A stretch of DNA of 64,000 nucleotides, taken from the NCBI GenBank assembly GCA_964350735.1, contig CAYGKO010000001.1, forward strand, positions 18,134-82,133, read 5' to 3'. The notes under the pieces are model-generated. The model worked only from the letters and a program-made list of their open reading frames with translations, made no database searches and was not told the origin of the DNA. The translations under genes and the position numbers were made by a program. Shown here piece after piece: positions 7,835 to 18,107 of the stretch (positions are counted from its first letter, which is position 1; each line of letters starts with the position of its first letter). Source of the stretch: an uncultured Candidatus Saccharibacteria bacterium. GTDB lineage: Bacteria > Patescibacteriota > Minisyncoccia > Phycocordibacterales > UBA918.

Positions 7835-9277
7835 CTATTCTGGCAATCGACTAAAGAGATTGGCTGGTTTCTGGTTTTTCAGGACTGATTCTTTAATAAT
7901 TACATTAGCTTCGGGCATAATTGGGTAGAGATAGCGACCAATGAGGTACAAATCATGAGCTAATTCTGCAATAATTTTTTGAGCGGCTGGTTTATCCTCT
8001 TTTACGAGCTTAAACGGTTCGGTCTCAGCAATCTTTTCATCGAGGGCCTGCACGAGGCTCCAGACAAAATCACAGGCCCCCTGGAAATCGTAGCGATCAA
8101 GCGCATCGAGGTAGACCTGATCAAACCCGGCTCGGTCTGGCTTTTCAATTGCCGCATCGAGATGCGTCTCGGCCATTTTCATAATACGGGCCGTGAGATT
8201 CCCCAGGCCATTTACTAAGTTGGCGGTGTAGTATTCGTCCATTTTCTCCCAAGTGAGATCTGAATCATCAACTGGATGTACGTGTCGAAGCAAGATATAG
8301 CGCGTCGCGTCAGTGCCATATTTTTCTACCAACTCATACGGAGAAATCACATTCCCAATACTCTTACTCATTTTCTGCCCCCCACTGTTAATGAAGCCAT
8401 GGTAATTCACCTGATCAGTCGCTGCGACGCCGGCGCTCTTCAGCATCGCTTGCCACATAATCGACTGGAAACGCACTTGGTCTTTCCCAGCTAGTTGCAG
8501 CGTGTGGCCCTCGGTCCAGAATTTTTTAAAATCCCCACCTTCCTCTGGCCACCCTAGAGTAGAGATGTAGTTAGTCAGCGCATCAAACCACACGTACATC
8601 ACTTGATCATCATCACCTGGCACTGGCACTCCCCAGTCCATGCGACTTTTCTGGCGAGAGATAGAAAAGTCTTCGAGGCCTCCCTTCACAAACGTAATCG
8701 CTTCTTCGCGACGCCACTCTGGCGTCACTACTTCCGGTTGACTAAGATACTCTTCAAGATATGCCTGATAGTTTGAAAGTTTGAAGAAATAATTCTCTTC
8801 TTCCACCTCCTCTACTGGCTTCTTATGGATCAAACAACACTTGTTCTCATCAAGTTCATCTTCTTTGTAGTACACCTCACACCCAACGCAGTATAGTCCG
8901 GTATAGGACTTCTTATAAATATCTCCAGCCGCATCACAGTGACGCCAAATCTCCTGACAAGCCGCTTTATGATCAGTATCAGTGGTACGAATAAAGTTGT
9001 CATACGAAAGATTTAATGCTTCTTTCAAGCGATTGAACTCACCAGCAAAGTGATCAACGTACGCTTGCCGATCTTTCCCTTCCTCATCGGCTTTCTGAGC
9101 AATCTTTTGGCCGTGTTCATCAGTTCCTGTCGTAAAGAACACTTCATTACCTGACACATGCCGCCAATAGCGAGCCAGCGTATCAGCCTGAACCACTTCT
9201 AAACCAAAGCCAATATGCGGGTCGGCGTTTACGTACGGCAATGTAGTGGTTATATATCGAGCTTGTTTGTCTGTCAT
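7835..9277 (-). CDS. metG: Methionine--tRNA ligase (short form)
   Basis: PYVN..PHIG, GTDEHG, YVWFDAL, GKD, KMSKS. Confidence 0.97.
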   Translation of the reverse strand: MTDKQARYITTTLPYVNADPHIGFGLEVVQADTLARYWRHVSGNEVFFTTGTDEHGQKIAQKADEEGKDRQAYVDHFAGEFNRLKEALNLSYDNFIRTTDTDHKAACQEIWRHCDAAGDIYKKSYTGLYCVGCEVYYKEDELDENKCCLIHKKPVEEVEEENYFFKLSNYQAYLEEYLSQPEVVTPEWRREEAITFVKGGLEDFSISRQKSRMDWGVPVPGDDDQVMYVWFDALTNYISTLGWPEEGGDFKKFWTEGHTLQLAGKDQVRFQSIMWQAMLKSAGVAATDQVNYHGFINSGGQKMSKSIGNVISPYELVEKYGTDATRYILLRHVHPVDDSDLTWEKMDEYYTANLVNGLGNLTARIMKMAETHLDAAIEKPDRAGFDQVYLDALDRYDFQGACDFVWSLVQALDEKIAETEPFKLVKEDKPAAQKIIAELAHDLYLIGRYLYPIMPEANVIIKESVLKNQKPANLFSRLPE

Positions 9278-9457
9278 AGTAAAATCTACTCTATCATACA
9301 GCTTAAATAAAAAAAGCGGGCTACCGTGCCATAAGTAGCCCTCCCTTGACCGCTAATCCTAACTGGAAGTAAACGTCCAGCTAGCTACTGCCTCTCCGAG
9401 AGAAACGCTGCCGGCACAAACGAAGCATTTTGCAAACAAGGTTTACTAAAACTACGC

Positions 9458-10855
9458 CTACTTCAGATAATTTACAAGCTCTTCAATAGCGACACGGGTC
9501 TGTTCTCCTGTATCTCGGTCACGGACCGTTACGGTATCTTTATTGGTCGGGTCTTCTTCCCCTAAGGTATCGAAATCGATCACGATGCAGTGCGGCGTAC
9601 CAATTTCGTCTTGGCGGCGATAGCGCTTTCCGACGTTGCCGTTATCATCCCAGGCGACGTTACCAAATTCTTTCTTGAGCGCAGTGAAAACTTCGCGGGC
9701 TTTCTCAACCAGCTGCGGCTTGTTCTTTAAGAGCGGTGAGACGGCCACTCGGTATGGAGCCAAGTCTTTATGGAGCTTGAGCACCGTACGAGTACCGCCA
9801 TCAATCTCTTCTTCATGATAGGCATCAGCAAGTACCGTCAAAAACATCCGCCCCAAGCCAACTGACGTCTCCAGAATCCATGGAATATAGCGTTCGTTGG
9901 TTTCTGGATCTAGGTACGTTAAATCAACACCAGAAAACTCCATATGTTGCTTCAGATCATAATCAGTTCGATCATGAATACCTTCTACCTCGTCCCAGCC
10001 TAGGCTCGGGAAATTGTATTCAATATCCCACGCATCTGAAGCATAGAAAACTAAGTTTTCATGCTGCTTAAAACGCAAGTTCTCTGGTTTTACACCAAGC
10101 GAGATATACCAGTCCATGCGCTCTTGCTTGATCTTCTCAAAGGCTTCTTTATTTTCGTTTGGCTTCACAAACGTCTGCGTATCAGCTTGCTCCAGTTCCC
10201 GCGTCCGGAAGAGGAAATTACGCGGTGAGATTTCGTTACGAAACGCCTTGCCAATCTGCACGAGCCCAAATGGTAGCTTTGGTGACATAGAATCCATCAC
10301 ATTCTTATAGTTGAGATAGATACCCTGACACGCTTCACCAGGTAAGTACACCGGATCGTTATCTTGATCAGTAAAATCGCCCAGGTTTGACTTCACCAGC
10401 AAATTAAAAGCTCGGACTGGAGTAAAGTTCCCTGACAAATTGTTGCGCTTAGCAATCGCGTCTTTATGTTCGTCGAACAAAGCCTGAAGATCTGCAACTG
10501 ACATCTTCTCATCTGCTGTGACTCCAACTGCTTCCAATTCTTTATCTACTCGTAAGCGGGTCTGGGTATCTCGACACTCAACAATCGGGTCGCTGAATCC
10601 AGACGTATGTCCACTCGCATCCCACACTCGGGGATGCTTAAACATTCCTGAATCAAGGCCAAAGTAATTTTCCTTATCGTAAACATTGGTTTTCCACCAC
10701 AATCGCTTTAGATTATTCAGTAGCTCAACTCCGTGAGGACCAAAGTCATACACACCGGCTAGCCCCCCATAAATCTCACTCCCTTGAAAGACAAAACCGC
10801 GTCGCTTGCAGAGCGAGACAATATTTTCCATCTTATTTTCAGTTTTATCAGTCAT
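9458..10855 (-). CDS. glyQS: Glycine--tRNA ligase, single-chain (alpha2) type
   Basis: CKRRGF..SEIYGG, FRNEISPR, DRTDYDL, GKRYRRQDEIGTP. Confidence 0.96.
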   Translation of the reverse strand: MTDKTENKMENIVSLCKRRGFVFQGSEIYGGLAGVYDFGPHGVELLNNLKRLWWKTNVYDKENYFGLDSGMFKHPRVWDASGHTSGFSDPIVECRDTQTRLRVDKELEAVGVTADEKMSVADLQALFDEHKDAIAKRNNLSGNFTPVRAFNLLVKSNLGDFTDQDNDPVYLPGEACQGIYLNYKNVMDSMSPKLPFGLVQIGKAFRNEISPRNFLFRTRELEQADTQTFVKPNENKEAFEKIKQERMDWYISLGVKPENLRFKQHENLVFYASDAWDIEYNFPSLGWDEVEGIHDRTDYDLKQHMEFSGVDLTYLDPETNERYIPWILETSVGLGRMFLTVLADAYHEEEIDGGTRTVLKLHKDLAPYRVAVSPLLKNKPQLVEKAREVFTALKKEFGNVAWDDNGNVGKRYRRQDEIGTPHCIVIDFDTLGEEDPTNKDTVTVRDRDTGEQTRVAIEELVNYLK

Positions 10856-10890
10856 GGTTTTAGTGATTATGTAAATTCTATATTTTGCTA

Positions 10891-11017
10891 GTCATTCTGG
10901 AAAAATTGGATGAAGTACGAAGTACATGAGAAAAATAATTCGAGACGTACTAAGTGGTACGGTGAGAATTATTTTTTAAAGTGTACTGAAGTAATTCGCC
11001 GATTTTTACTGAATGAC
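10891..11017 (+). repeat. ERIC-like structured intergenic element, copy 2
   Basis: GTCATTC/GAATGAC closing stem; CGAG.CGTAC..GTACGGTGAG apical motif. Confidence 0.65.
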
Positions 11018-12982
11018 CCGGCCGTTGCCTTGCTGGTATCCCGCCTCTTGCGGCAACTCTGTCGTAACTGCCGCTCTTGTGGTGCGCACCGTACCACCAG
11101 TAAAGTCATCAGTTCCCCGGAATCGCTGCTCCCCGAGCAGTGTTGGTGTTGTACCAATTTGTGAGACACTTGGCAAGATTTTTACTTGAAATGATGAGAT
11201 GGCAGTATCATTTGCAGCAACGTCCCCCACTTTCCAAGTCATTACTCGAGACGTGCTGTTATACGACACCACTCCATCACCAGTTGGATTATCTTCAAAT
11301 GTTACATACGTTGGAACCGTTGCCGTTACTTCGCCACCAGAAATTTTGTTACTACCATTCTCAACTAAGAGTGAGATGGTGTAGGTTGTGGCTTCACCAG
11401 ACCGTGGTGGAACCGGACCACTACCAACAAAGCTGCCGACGTTAAAGCGTGAATCCGCCAAGAGCTTTGGTTCACTCGACACCTTTGCTACTCCAGTAGC
11501 GGTCCCGAGTAACTCCTCTGGTACACTCCGTTCTGACACTCGACGGGCTTTTACATTCACCAAGAAGTCGATCTGTGGAGTACGTGTAGCATCTGGCGCT
11601 GGTGCCAAACTAAACGTAAAGCGCGCTTTATCACCTGGCAACATTTGCTCTAAGTCTGGGTAGCGCGTCACGTCCCAAATGATCGTGTTGGTATTTGAGT
11701 CATAGAAGCCGTCATTCACATTAATATTAAGGTTTGAAATGGCATTGCCAGATAATTCTGCTGTAACAACACCATCGTAAACTGTATTATTGAGTGAATT
11801 TTCAATATCAATTGCCACAGTAATTGGCTGACCCGTTTCAATAACAGCGTTATTGCCACTGGAATCAATCGACAAATTAACATCAATAAATGGTCGCTCG
11901 ATTTCAAACTGAGTCGTCCCCGTAGTGAAGATAGAAGCGAGTACAAATGGCTCGCGCTCGTTGGGTACACCAACAGAGAAATTAGTTGCAAACTCATCAG
12001 TCTCGGTTCCCGATACAATACCCTTGAGAGAGATCTTAGTTGATTCACCTGGCTCGAGGGCTGAAATACTCCACGTACCGTTACCCGCTACCGGGTCTGG
12101 ATCTGCCGACACAAAATCAAAACCAGACGGATACTCAGCTTTGACGAGAATATCTGTCAGTGTTGTTGGAGCATTTGAAGTCACCGTGATATCCATTGTC
12201 GCTTCTTGACCTGAGGAAATCTTCTTCACGGAATCAACGCGCAATACTACCGGAGAGAAGCTAATCTTGAATCGTAGCGGATCTGCCTCCTTGAAGAAGG
12301 TTGCATTTGAACCCTCAACTCGGTACTCGATCGAAGCATTCACAATCTTCTCAGCATTCTCTTCTCCAAACACAACGGCCTTGAGTGGAATATTTAAAGT
12401 TTCTCCAGACCCAACTGTATCAAGTGGCAGGCGCTCAATATACAGCTCTTTCCCAGCTTCTGCCGCTGATTGTGTACCAAGCGGGTACTCTATGATTAAG
12501 GTAGCGGAATTGATCGAAACAGCATTTGCGTTAGTCACTCCAATTTGCAGCGGCAGCTCTTGCCCTCCCCCAACTGTAAATGGCCCGGTGATACTGATAG
12601 CGATGTTTTCGCCTGAAATACGGTTGTTGCCACCAAGTAAAAATACGCTCGATATAAGCACTGCTAAAACAAATAACCCAATTGCACCTAATACAATTTT
12701 TATTCGGTAGCTGCGCTTTTTCTGTTTACGATTCATAGCTAGTTCAGGCTCAGCTTGGATTTCCGCTACCAATCCTGGTTCCATAATGGTTGGCTCAGGA
12801 TCAGGTTCAATAATTGGCTCTGGCGGTTGTGCCCACGTTTCAGATACCTCAGGCTTTTCCGGTTCAACTGAAGGATGTGACGAAGAAATATCAAACGCTT
12901 TACGCTTTTCCATTTTATCACCTCGGGCATATAAACGACGACGCAAATCATCGATCCGATCTTGATCCTTAAAGTCCGACAT
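11006..12982 (-). CDS. Membrane-anchored surface protein with repeated beta-sandwich (DUF11-like) domains
   Basis: Cytoplasmic N-terminus, one TM, beta-rich Ig-like repeats (TWKVGDV, IIWD). Confidence 0.6.
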   Translation of the reverse strand: MSDFKDQDRIDDLRRRLYARGDKMEKRKAFDISSSHPSVEPEKPEVSETWAQPPEPIIEPDPEPTIMEPGLVAEIQAEPELAMNRKQKKRSYRIKIVLGAIGLFVLAVLISSVFLLGGNNRISGENIAISITGPFTVGGGQELPLQIGVTNANAVSINSATLIIEYPLGTQSAAEAGKELYIERLPLDTVGSGETLNIPLKAVVFGEENAEKIVNASIEYRVEGSNATFFKEADPLRFKISFSPVVLRVDSVKKISSGQEATMDITVTSNAPTTLTDILVKAEYPSGFDFVSADPDPVAGNGTWSISALEPGESTKISLKGIVSGTETDEFATNFSVGVPNEREPFVLASIFTTGTTQFEIERPFIDVNLSIDSSGNNAVIETGQPITVAIDIENSLNNTVYDGVVTAELSGNAISNLNINVNDGFYDSNTNTIIWDVTRYPDLEQMLPGDKARFTFSLAPAPDATRTPQIDFLVNVKARRVSERSVPEELLGTATGVAKVSSEPKLLADSRFNVGSFVGSGPVPPRSGEATTYTISLLVENGSNKISGGEVTATVPTYVTFEDNPTGDGVVSYNSTSRVMTWKVGDVAANDTAISSFQVKILPSVSQIGTTPTLLGEQRFRGTDDFTGGTVRTTRAAVTTELPQEAGYQQGNGRVIQ

Positions 12983-13000
12983 ATCGCATCAGTATAGCAC

Positions 13001-13573
13001 TTAGAGATGGCTAGCTTCCAGGCCGTCGCTGATGGCTTTTTGCGCCACAGCTGGTAAGACGACTACTTCTTTAAGCCACTCAGTGTCAGTTATATAGTCG
13101 GCGTATTCTGACCTACTAGCAATATACCCAAGTTCAGCCAAAAGCCGCAGCGTGAAATGATCAACGACGTGCGTAACATCCGCAGGGTCGACACGCGGGA
13201 GGTGCTGCAGCACCTCCCGCGTGTCGACATACACCGCAGTCACCACCTCCTCTCCTTGTACCAATCGCCGCAGCAGCTTAATGACCGAGGCCACCCCAGC
13301 CCGGGCCGGCTGCGTATCAGCAGCCAGAAAGGTATTCTTAATACTTTCCACACTCCCAATCCGCCAGCCAGTCTTGCCTTTCACCAACGAGACCCGAATC
13401 AATGAGAAGTCTTGCAAGGCGAAGCGTTGCTTCGAACGTTCCTCCCGCACACTGCGGGCCGTCGCCCACAACATCCCCGCCTCTTCCGTGAAGAGCAAGT
13501 ACGATCGGTCTGAGGTGTAGCTGTCACGACTCCCACACACGATTGCTTCAGTGGTGTAGGTACGATAGGCCAT
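13001..13573 (-). CDS. recO: DNA repair protein RecO (short CPR-type)
   Basis: TEAIV....DR...LFT...G...A.A.SVR...SK OB-fold N-terminus. Confidence 0.75.
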   Translation of the reverse strand: MAYRTYTTEAIVCGSRDSYTSDRSYLLFTEEAGMLWATARSVREERSKQRFALQDFSLIRVSLVKGKTGWRIGSVESIKNTFLAADTQPARAGVASVIKLLRRLVQGEEVVTAVYVDTREVLQHLPRVDPADVTHVVDHFTLRLLAELGYIASRSEYADYITDTEWLKEVVVLPAVAQKAISDGLEASHL

Positions 13574-13575
13574 AG

Positions 13576-14109
13576 CTAGATTTCTTCAAAAATAAGATTC
13601 TCCGCGTCTTTTCGCACCTTTAGTGGATCAAACAATTTCGCGTGCATACAAATTGCTATCCGTGCTTCGGTAGTATTAAGCAGAATGCCAAGCGCTGCCC
13701 CCAGATTAATCGGCGCATCGCTACCAAGCACGGTCCACGGGAACATCGATCCGGTAATCAGAATTTGACTACCAGCTTTAATATCGTCACTCAGATGATC
13801 AACCAAATACTTGCCTGTTTCTGGCATAGTATACGTCCCGTGTGTCAGGATAAACTTTCGTACTCCAGCAGCATACTGCTTTTCAATATCGCGAACCATA
13901 GCCGCTCGGTCTTCTTCGGCAACATCACGACTATCTTTATGACAGACATTTGTTTCAGTATACTTCGCGTGAACTTTCAAACTTTGGGTAAGAAACTTAT
14001 CCAAGTTAATCATGTCTGGGAACATCTCAGCCAGTAGACCAATTTCGGCATACTCTGGAATACAACCACCAATAGTCCCACCCGTTTTTAAATGATGAAC
14101 AGTTTCCAT
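13576..14109 (-). CDS. Asparaginase domain protein
   Basis: TGGTI, DS, HGTYTM, TGSM.P, SDA..NL motifs. Confidence 0.85.
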   Translation of the reverse strand: METVHHLKTGGTIGGCIPEYAEIGLLAEMFPDMINLDKFLTQSLKVHAKYTETNVCHKDSRDVAEEDRAAMVRDIEKQYAAGVRKFILTHGTYTMPETGKYLVDHLSDDIKAGSQILITGSMFPWTVLGSDAPINLGAALGILLNTTEARIAICMHAKLFDPLKVRKDAENLIFEEI

Positions 14110-14110
14110 A

Positions 14111-17100
14111 TTATTGTTTCTGGAATGAAACGGTTAAAGAATGCTCACCAGCAACCACCTCTTCTCCTTCCGTTCGGTCAAACACGATCTCGTCTGCCCC
14201 GACGGTCTTTTGAATTTCAGCCCTAAAGGTTTCTACCACGGCTTCCCCACCATCGGAAGCTTGGACGGTGAGCACAATCCGGTCACTGGCTTCGAGCCCA
14301 GCTTGCTTGCGCATATTTTGCACGGCTCGGATAAACTCGCGGGCATCACCTTCAGTCTGGAGCTCCGGCGTGATGGTTGTATCGAGTACGACTATCTCGG
14401 CAAGGCCGGTATCAACAACTACATCTTTCACGTTCATTTCGTCAGCAATGATTTGTCGATACACTTCGTCCACTTCAGTTTGAATTGTGAGCAGACGAAG
14501 GGGTTGACGAACCTTCATCCCGGCCTTGGTACGTGCCTCAAGCGCGGCAGTAACGACTTCACGCACGGTTTGCATAGTGGCGATTATCTCAGCCTCCACT
14601 TCTCCTGCCTCTGGCCAGGCACTGAGATGCACACTTTCCGCCTGATCATCAGATCGAATCGCCCGCCAGAGATACTCAGCATAAAACGGCATACTTGGCG
14701 CCATTAGATGAGCCAACGTCTCGAGCGTGTAGCGCAAGGTAGCAATCGCTGCTGTACGATCCTCAACATCCCCTCCCTTGAGCCGATCTCGTGAGCGGCG
14801 CAGATACCACACGGATAAATCATCTACCAGGTCAGTAATTGGCCGCGTCGCTTTATCGAGCTCGTAGTTCTTAAAGCCCGCCGTGATCTCAGTGGTCGCT
14901 TCTGCGACCCGCGCCAGCATCCAACGATCCAACACATGAGTCGAATCTGATGCAGCTACTGTACCGTCGGCAAACATCTGGTACATCGCCAACACATTGT
15001 GCAATCGGCCAATGTTCTTTCGCTGTAGTTCAGTTACTTCTTTCTCAGAGAAGTTCAAATCCTCCCCTTTAATGATTGATGATGACAATAGGTAAAAACG
15101 CATCGCATCTGCTCCCTGTCGTTCAACCAGCTCTACCGGATCAGGATAGTTCTGTAGTGACTTACTCATCTTCTTACCATCTTCTGCTAAGACAAGACCA
15201 TTGGTAATCACATTCTTAAATGGTGACTTCCCAAATAAGGCGACGCCGAGCACGGTCAATGAGTAGAACCAGCCACGGGTTTGGTCCACTGCTTCGGAAA
15301 TAAAGTCAGCGGGGAATCGTACTCCATCTGCCATATTGGCGATATCAAGATTTTCAAATGGGTAGTGAGTTTCCGCATACGGCATCGAGCCACTCTCAAA
15401 CCAACAGTCAAACACATCCGGCACCCGTTCGAGCTGTACGCCGTCCTCTTCAAGGACCACATCATCAATATACGGTCGATGGAAATCGAGCTCGTATTTG
15501 TCGTTGTGCGGCAACGGCGCAAAGTCGAGCTCCCGGACTTCCGCATTCGCAAAACGCTTGCCATCAGCATCATGGTCAAAATCAGTTTCAGCCAACACGC
15601 TGCCGTGCGCGACAGCCGCTAGCATTCGCAGTGGTGAATTATGTGACACGATCAAAATCGTCTCCCCTTCATGAGCGGCTTCAATGTCATACAAGAATGA
15701 CCCCATGCGATCACGAACCGATGCCCATGACTCACCACCAGTTGGTGCACAATCACACCACTGTGCTCCGCTCGCCACAAAGGCTTGGTACTCAGCGTTG
15801 GGCTTACCCTCAAGCTCACCGAGTTGGATTTCTCCAATCCTCTCGTCATACACAAGAGCATCGTCTCCAAGACCCAAACCAGCACGCACCAACTCAGCTG
15901 TCGCCTTGGTGCGCTCAAATGGTGAGGCGATGATCTTCGTCACACCAGCGTCTTTAAGATGTTCGAGGGCTGAGTCAATCTGCTTCTTCCCCTTCTCAGT
16001 CAGTGGGTTAGCTCCAGCGATATCAGTCTGTACCACATCAGCGGCATTACTCTCACTCTCACCGTGGCGCATGGTAAAGAAGGTGTTGCCACGCTTTGGT
16101 ACGTAGACCTGCAGCTCGGCTAAAGAACCGAAGACTTTAAACGCTTTTGTTTCGGAATTTCGCCAGATCGGTAGCGGTGCTCCCCAGTAGCGTTGCCGGC
16201 TCACCGCCCAGTCACGAGCGCCTTCCAGCCACTTACCAAAGCGGTTCGTGCCGACATGCTCTGGCACCCACTTCACTTTATTATTTTCAGCCACCAGCTG
16301 ATCCTTGATCTTCGTCACCTCCACAAACCACGACGTGGTGGCGTAGTTCAAGAGTGGTGTATCACAACGCCAACAGTGCGGGTAGCTGTGCGTGATATTT
16401 TCTTTCTTCAAAAGTCGACCGTTTGCCTTCAGGGCTTTCACAATCTCGATATCAGCATCAAGGTGTGTCACTCCGGCTTCGTCATCATCTTTTGGTTTTA
16501 CGAGCTGTCCCGCGAAGTCAGTGATAAAGTCCTTAAAGTGTCCGGCTTCATCGACGTGGTGCACGATTGGTACGTTGTGCTCTTGCGCCAGACGCATATC
16601 GTCTTCACCAAAGGCTGGCGCTAAGTGCACCGCTCCCGTTCCTTCTTCGCCCAACTCAACGTAGTCAGCATGCAGAATCTGCCAGGCGTTTTCTTTACCA
16701 GCAAAGTCTTCTTCCTTCAGCCACGGGAATGGGGGTTCGTAACGTTGGCCGACTAATTCGGCTCCGGACAGTTCTCCAATCACTTCATACTCTAGGCCAT
16801 CAAGTTGCGACAAGCGCTCTTTCGCCAGGATTACAACTTCACTGTCTGCTTCAGTGGTGACACGCACCTTCGCATAGACATAGTCTTTATGCACAGCAGC
16901 CGCTAAGTTCCCTGGCATTGTCCATGGCGTGGTCGTCCACACCAAAAGTGACGCGTTGTCAGGGTCATCGAGTAGCGGCAGCTTCACTGTAATGGCGATG
17001 TCTTTAATATCTTTGTAGCCTTGGTTGACCTCAAAGTTCGACAACGTCGTCCCACACCGTGGACACAGATGCATCGTTTTGAAGCCTTCGTACACCAAAC

Positions 17101-17623
17101 CTTTCTCATGCAGCTGCTTAAAGACCCACCACACACTTTCGGTGTAGGTACTATCCATCGTCTTGTAGTCATCGTCCATGTCAACGAACCGTCCCATCTG
17201 CGGAATGATCCGACGCCAATCATCAGCGTACTCCATCACCGTGTCCCGGGCCTGTTCGTTGAAGTTCTTAATGCCGTACTCCTCAATGTCGCGCTTCGTC
17301 GCTAGACCAAGCTTCTTCTCGATCAGGTTCTCAAGCGGCAAGCCATGACAATCCCACCCCCACTTCCGCCGGACACGGTAGCCATTCATGGTCCAAAAGC
17401 GTGGCACCGCGTCTTTAATCGTCCCCGCTAAAATATGTCCGTAGTGCGGCAAGCCAGTCGCAAACGGCGGCCCATCATAAAAAACAAAATCCCCGACCGG
17501 CTCATTGCCCGCTGGAGTTTCTAAACTCTTTTTAAATACATCATGCTCCTGCCAAAACGCTAGTATCGTTTCTTCACGCAGCGCTACCTCACTCTTTTCA
17601 GTTGTTTCTATTTTAGTATTCAT
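14111..17623 (-). CDS. ileS: Isoleucine--tRNA ligase (IleRS2-type) with an inserted histidine-phosphatase domain
   Basis: DGPPFATGLPHYGH, GWDCHGLP, WTTTPWT, DQTRGWF, KMSKS; RHGE domain inserted before PDVFDCWFESG. Start at 17623 preferred over 17650. Confidence 0.96.
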   Translation of the reverse strand: MNTKIETTEKSEVALREETILAFWQEHDVFKKSLETPAGNEPVGDFVFYDGPPFATGLPHYGHILAGTIKDAVPRFWTMNGYRVRRKWGWDCHGLPLENLIEKKLGLATKRDIEEYGIKNFNEQARDTVMEYADDWRRIIPQMGRFVDMDDDYKTMDSTYTESVWWVFKQLHEKGLVYEGFKTMHLCPRCGTTLSNFEVNQGYKDIKDIAITVKLPLLDDPDNASLLVWTTTPWTMPGNLAAAVHKDYVYAKVRVTTEADSEVVILAKERLSQLDGLEYEVIGELSGAELVGQRYEPPFPWLKEEDFAGKENAWQILHADYVELGEEGTGAVHLAPAFGEDDMRLAQEHNVPIVHHVDEAGHFKDFITDFAGQLVKPKDDDEAGVTHLDADIEIVKALKANGRLLKKENITHSYPHCWRCDTPLLNYATTSWFVEVTKIKDQLVAENNKVKWVPEHVGTNRFGKWLEGARDWAVSRQRYWGAPLPIWRNSETKAFKVFGSLAELQVYVPKRGNTFFTMRHGESESNAADVVQTDIAGANPLTEKGKKQIDSALEHLKDAGVTKIIASPFERTKATAELVRAGLGLGDDALVYDERIGEIQLGELEGKPNAEYQAFVASGAQWCDCAPTGGESWASVRDRMGSFLYDIEAAHEGETILIVSHNSPLRMLAAVAHGSVLAETDFDHDADGKRFANAEVRELDFAPLPHNDKYELDFHRPYIDDVVLEEDGVQLERVPDVFDCWFESGSMPYAETHYPFENLDIANMADGVRFPADFISEAVDQTRGWFYSLTVLGVALFGKSPFKNVITNGLVLAEDGKKMSKSLQNYPDPVELVERQGADAMRFYLLSSSIIKGEDLNFSEKEVTELQRKNIGRLHNVLAMYQMFADGTVAASDSTHVLDRWMLARVAEATTEITAGFKNYELDKATRPITDLVDDLSVWYLRRSRDRLKGGDVEDRTAAIATLRYTLETLAHLMAPSMPFYAEYLWRAIRSDDQAESVHLSAWPEAGEVEAEIIATMQTVREVVTAALEARTKAGMKVRQPLRLLTIQTEVDEVYRQIIADEMNVKDVVVDTGLAEIVVLDTTITPELQTEGDAREFIRAVQNMRKQAGLEASDRIVLTVQASDGGEAVVETFRAEIQKTVGADEIVFDRTEGEEVVAGEHSLTVSFQKQ

Positions 17624-17634
17624 ATTGTCTTTTG

Positions 17635-17677
17635 TATGCGTATCAGGCATAACGAGTAAAACAGCGTATCAGGCTGT
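17635..17677 (-). promoter_or_regulatory. Tandem tRNA-Ile(GAU) anticodon-arm mimics in the ileS 5' leader
   Basis: ACAGC-CUGAUAC-GCUGU and UAUGC-CUGAUAC-GCAUA: 5-bp stems with identical 7-nt loops. Confidence 0.65.
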
Positions 17678-17769
17678 GTATCGATAGTAGCATGAATTTT
17701 ACTTTTGAAAACAAACGACCGCGCTCAGCTAGAGCACGGTCCCAAACGGCAAGCCATCTTGCCATTTTT

Positions 17770-18033
17770 TTATCTATGACGCCAAAGTTGGTAGAAGGTG
17801 GCACCGATTGTCGATGAAAGTAGCACTGCTGCAATTACTGCGACAACCACAGAGAAGCAGATCGGAACAATGCAGTAAAGAAGCAGAAGAACTCCACAAA
17901 AGCTCGGTAACAACAATCCCGTATATGCTGGCTCAAGCAGCAGCTTGTCAAACCACTCAGCCCCAAATTGCAGGGTTGCATTTCCTACGCATACCAACCA
18001 AAAGAACCAGAAAATTATCTCCATAACATTCAT
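17770..18033 (-). CDS. Small hypothetical membrane protein
   Basis: 87-aa hydrophobic ORF with an AAGG SD-like sequence upstream. Confidence 0.45.
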   Translation of the reverse strand: MNVMEIIFWFFWLVCVGNATLQFGAEWFDKLLLEPAYTGLLLPSFCGVLLLLYCIVPICFSVVVAVIAAVLLSSTIGATFYQLWRHR

Positions 18034-18107
18034 CCTTCCGACCCCATGTCGGTTAAGAACGAAAATACGCTAAAAACTCTCTCTCTGCAAGCTTTACTCC
18101 CAAAATA

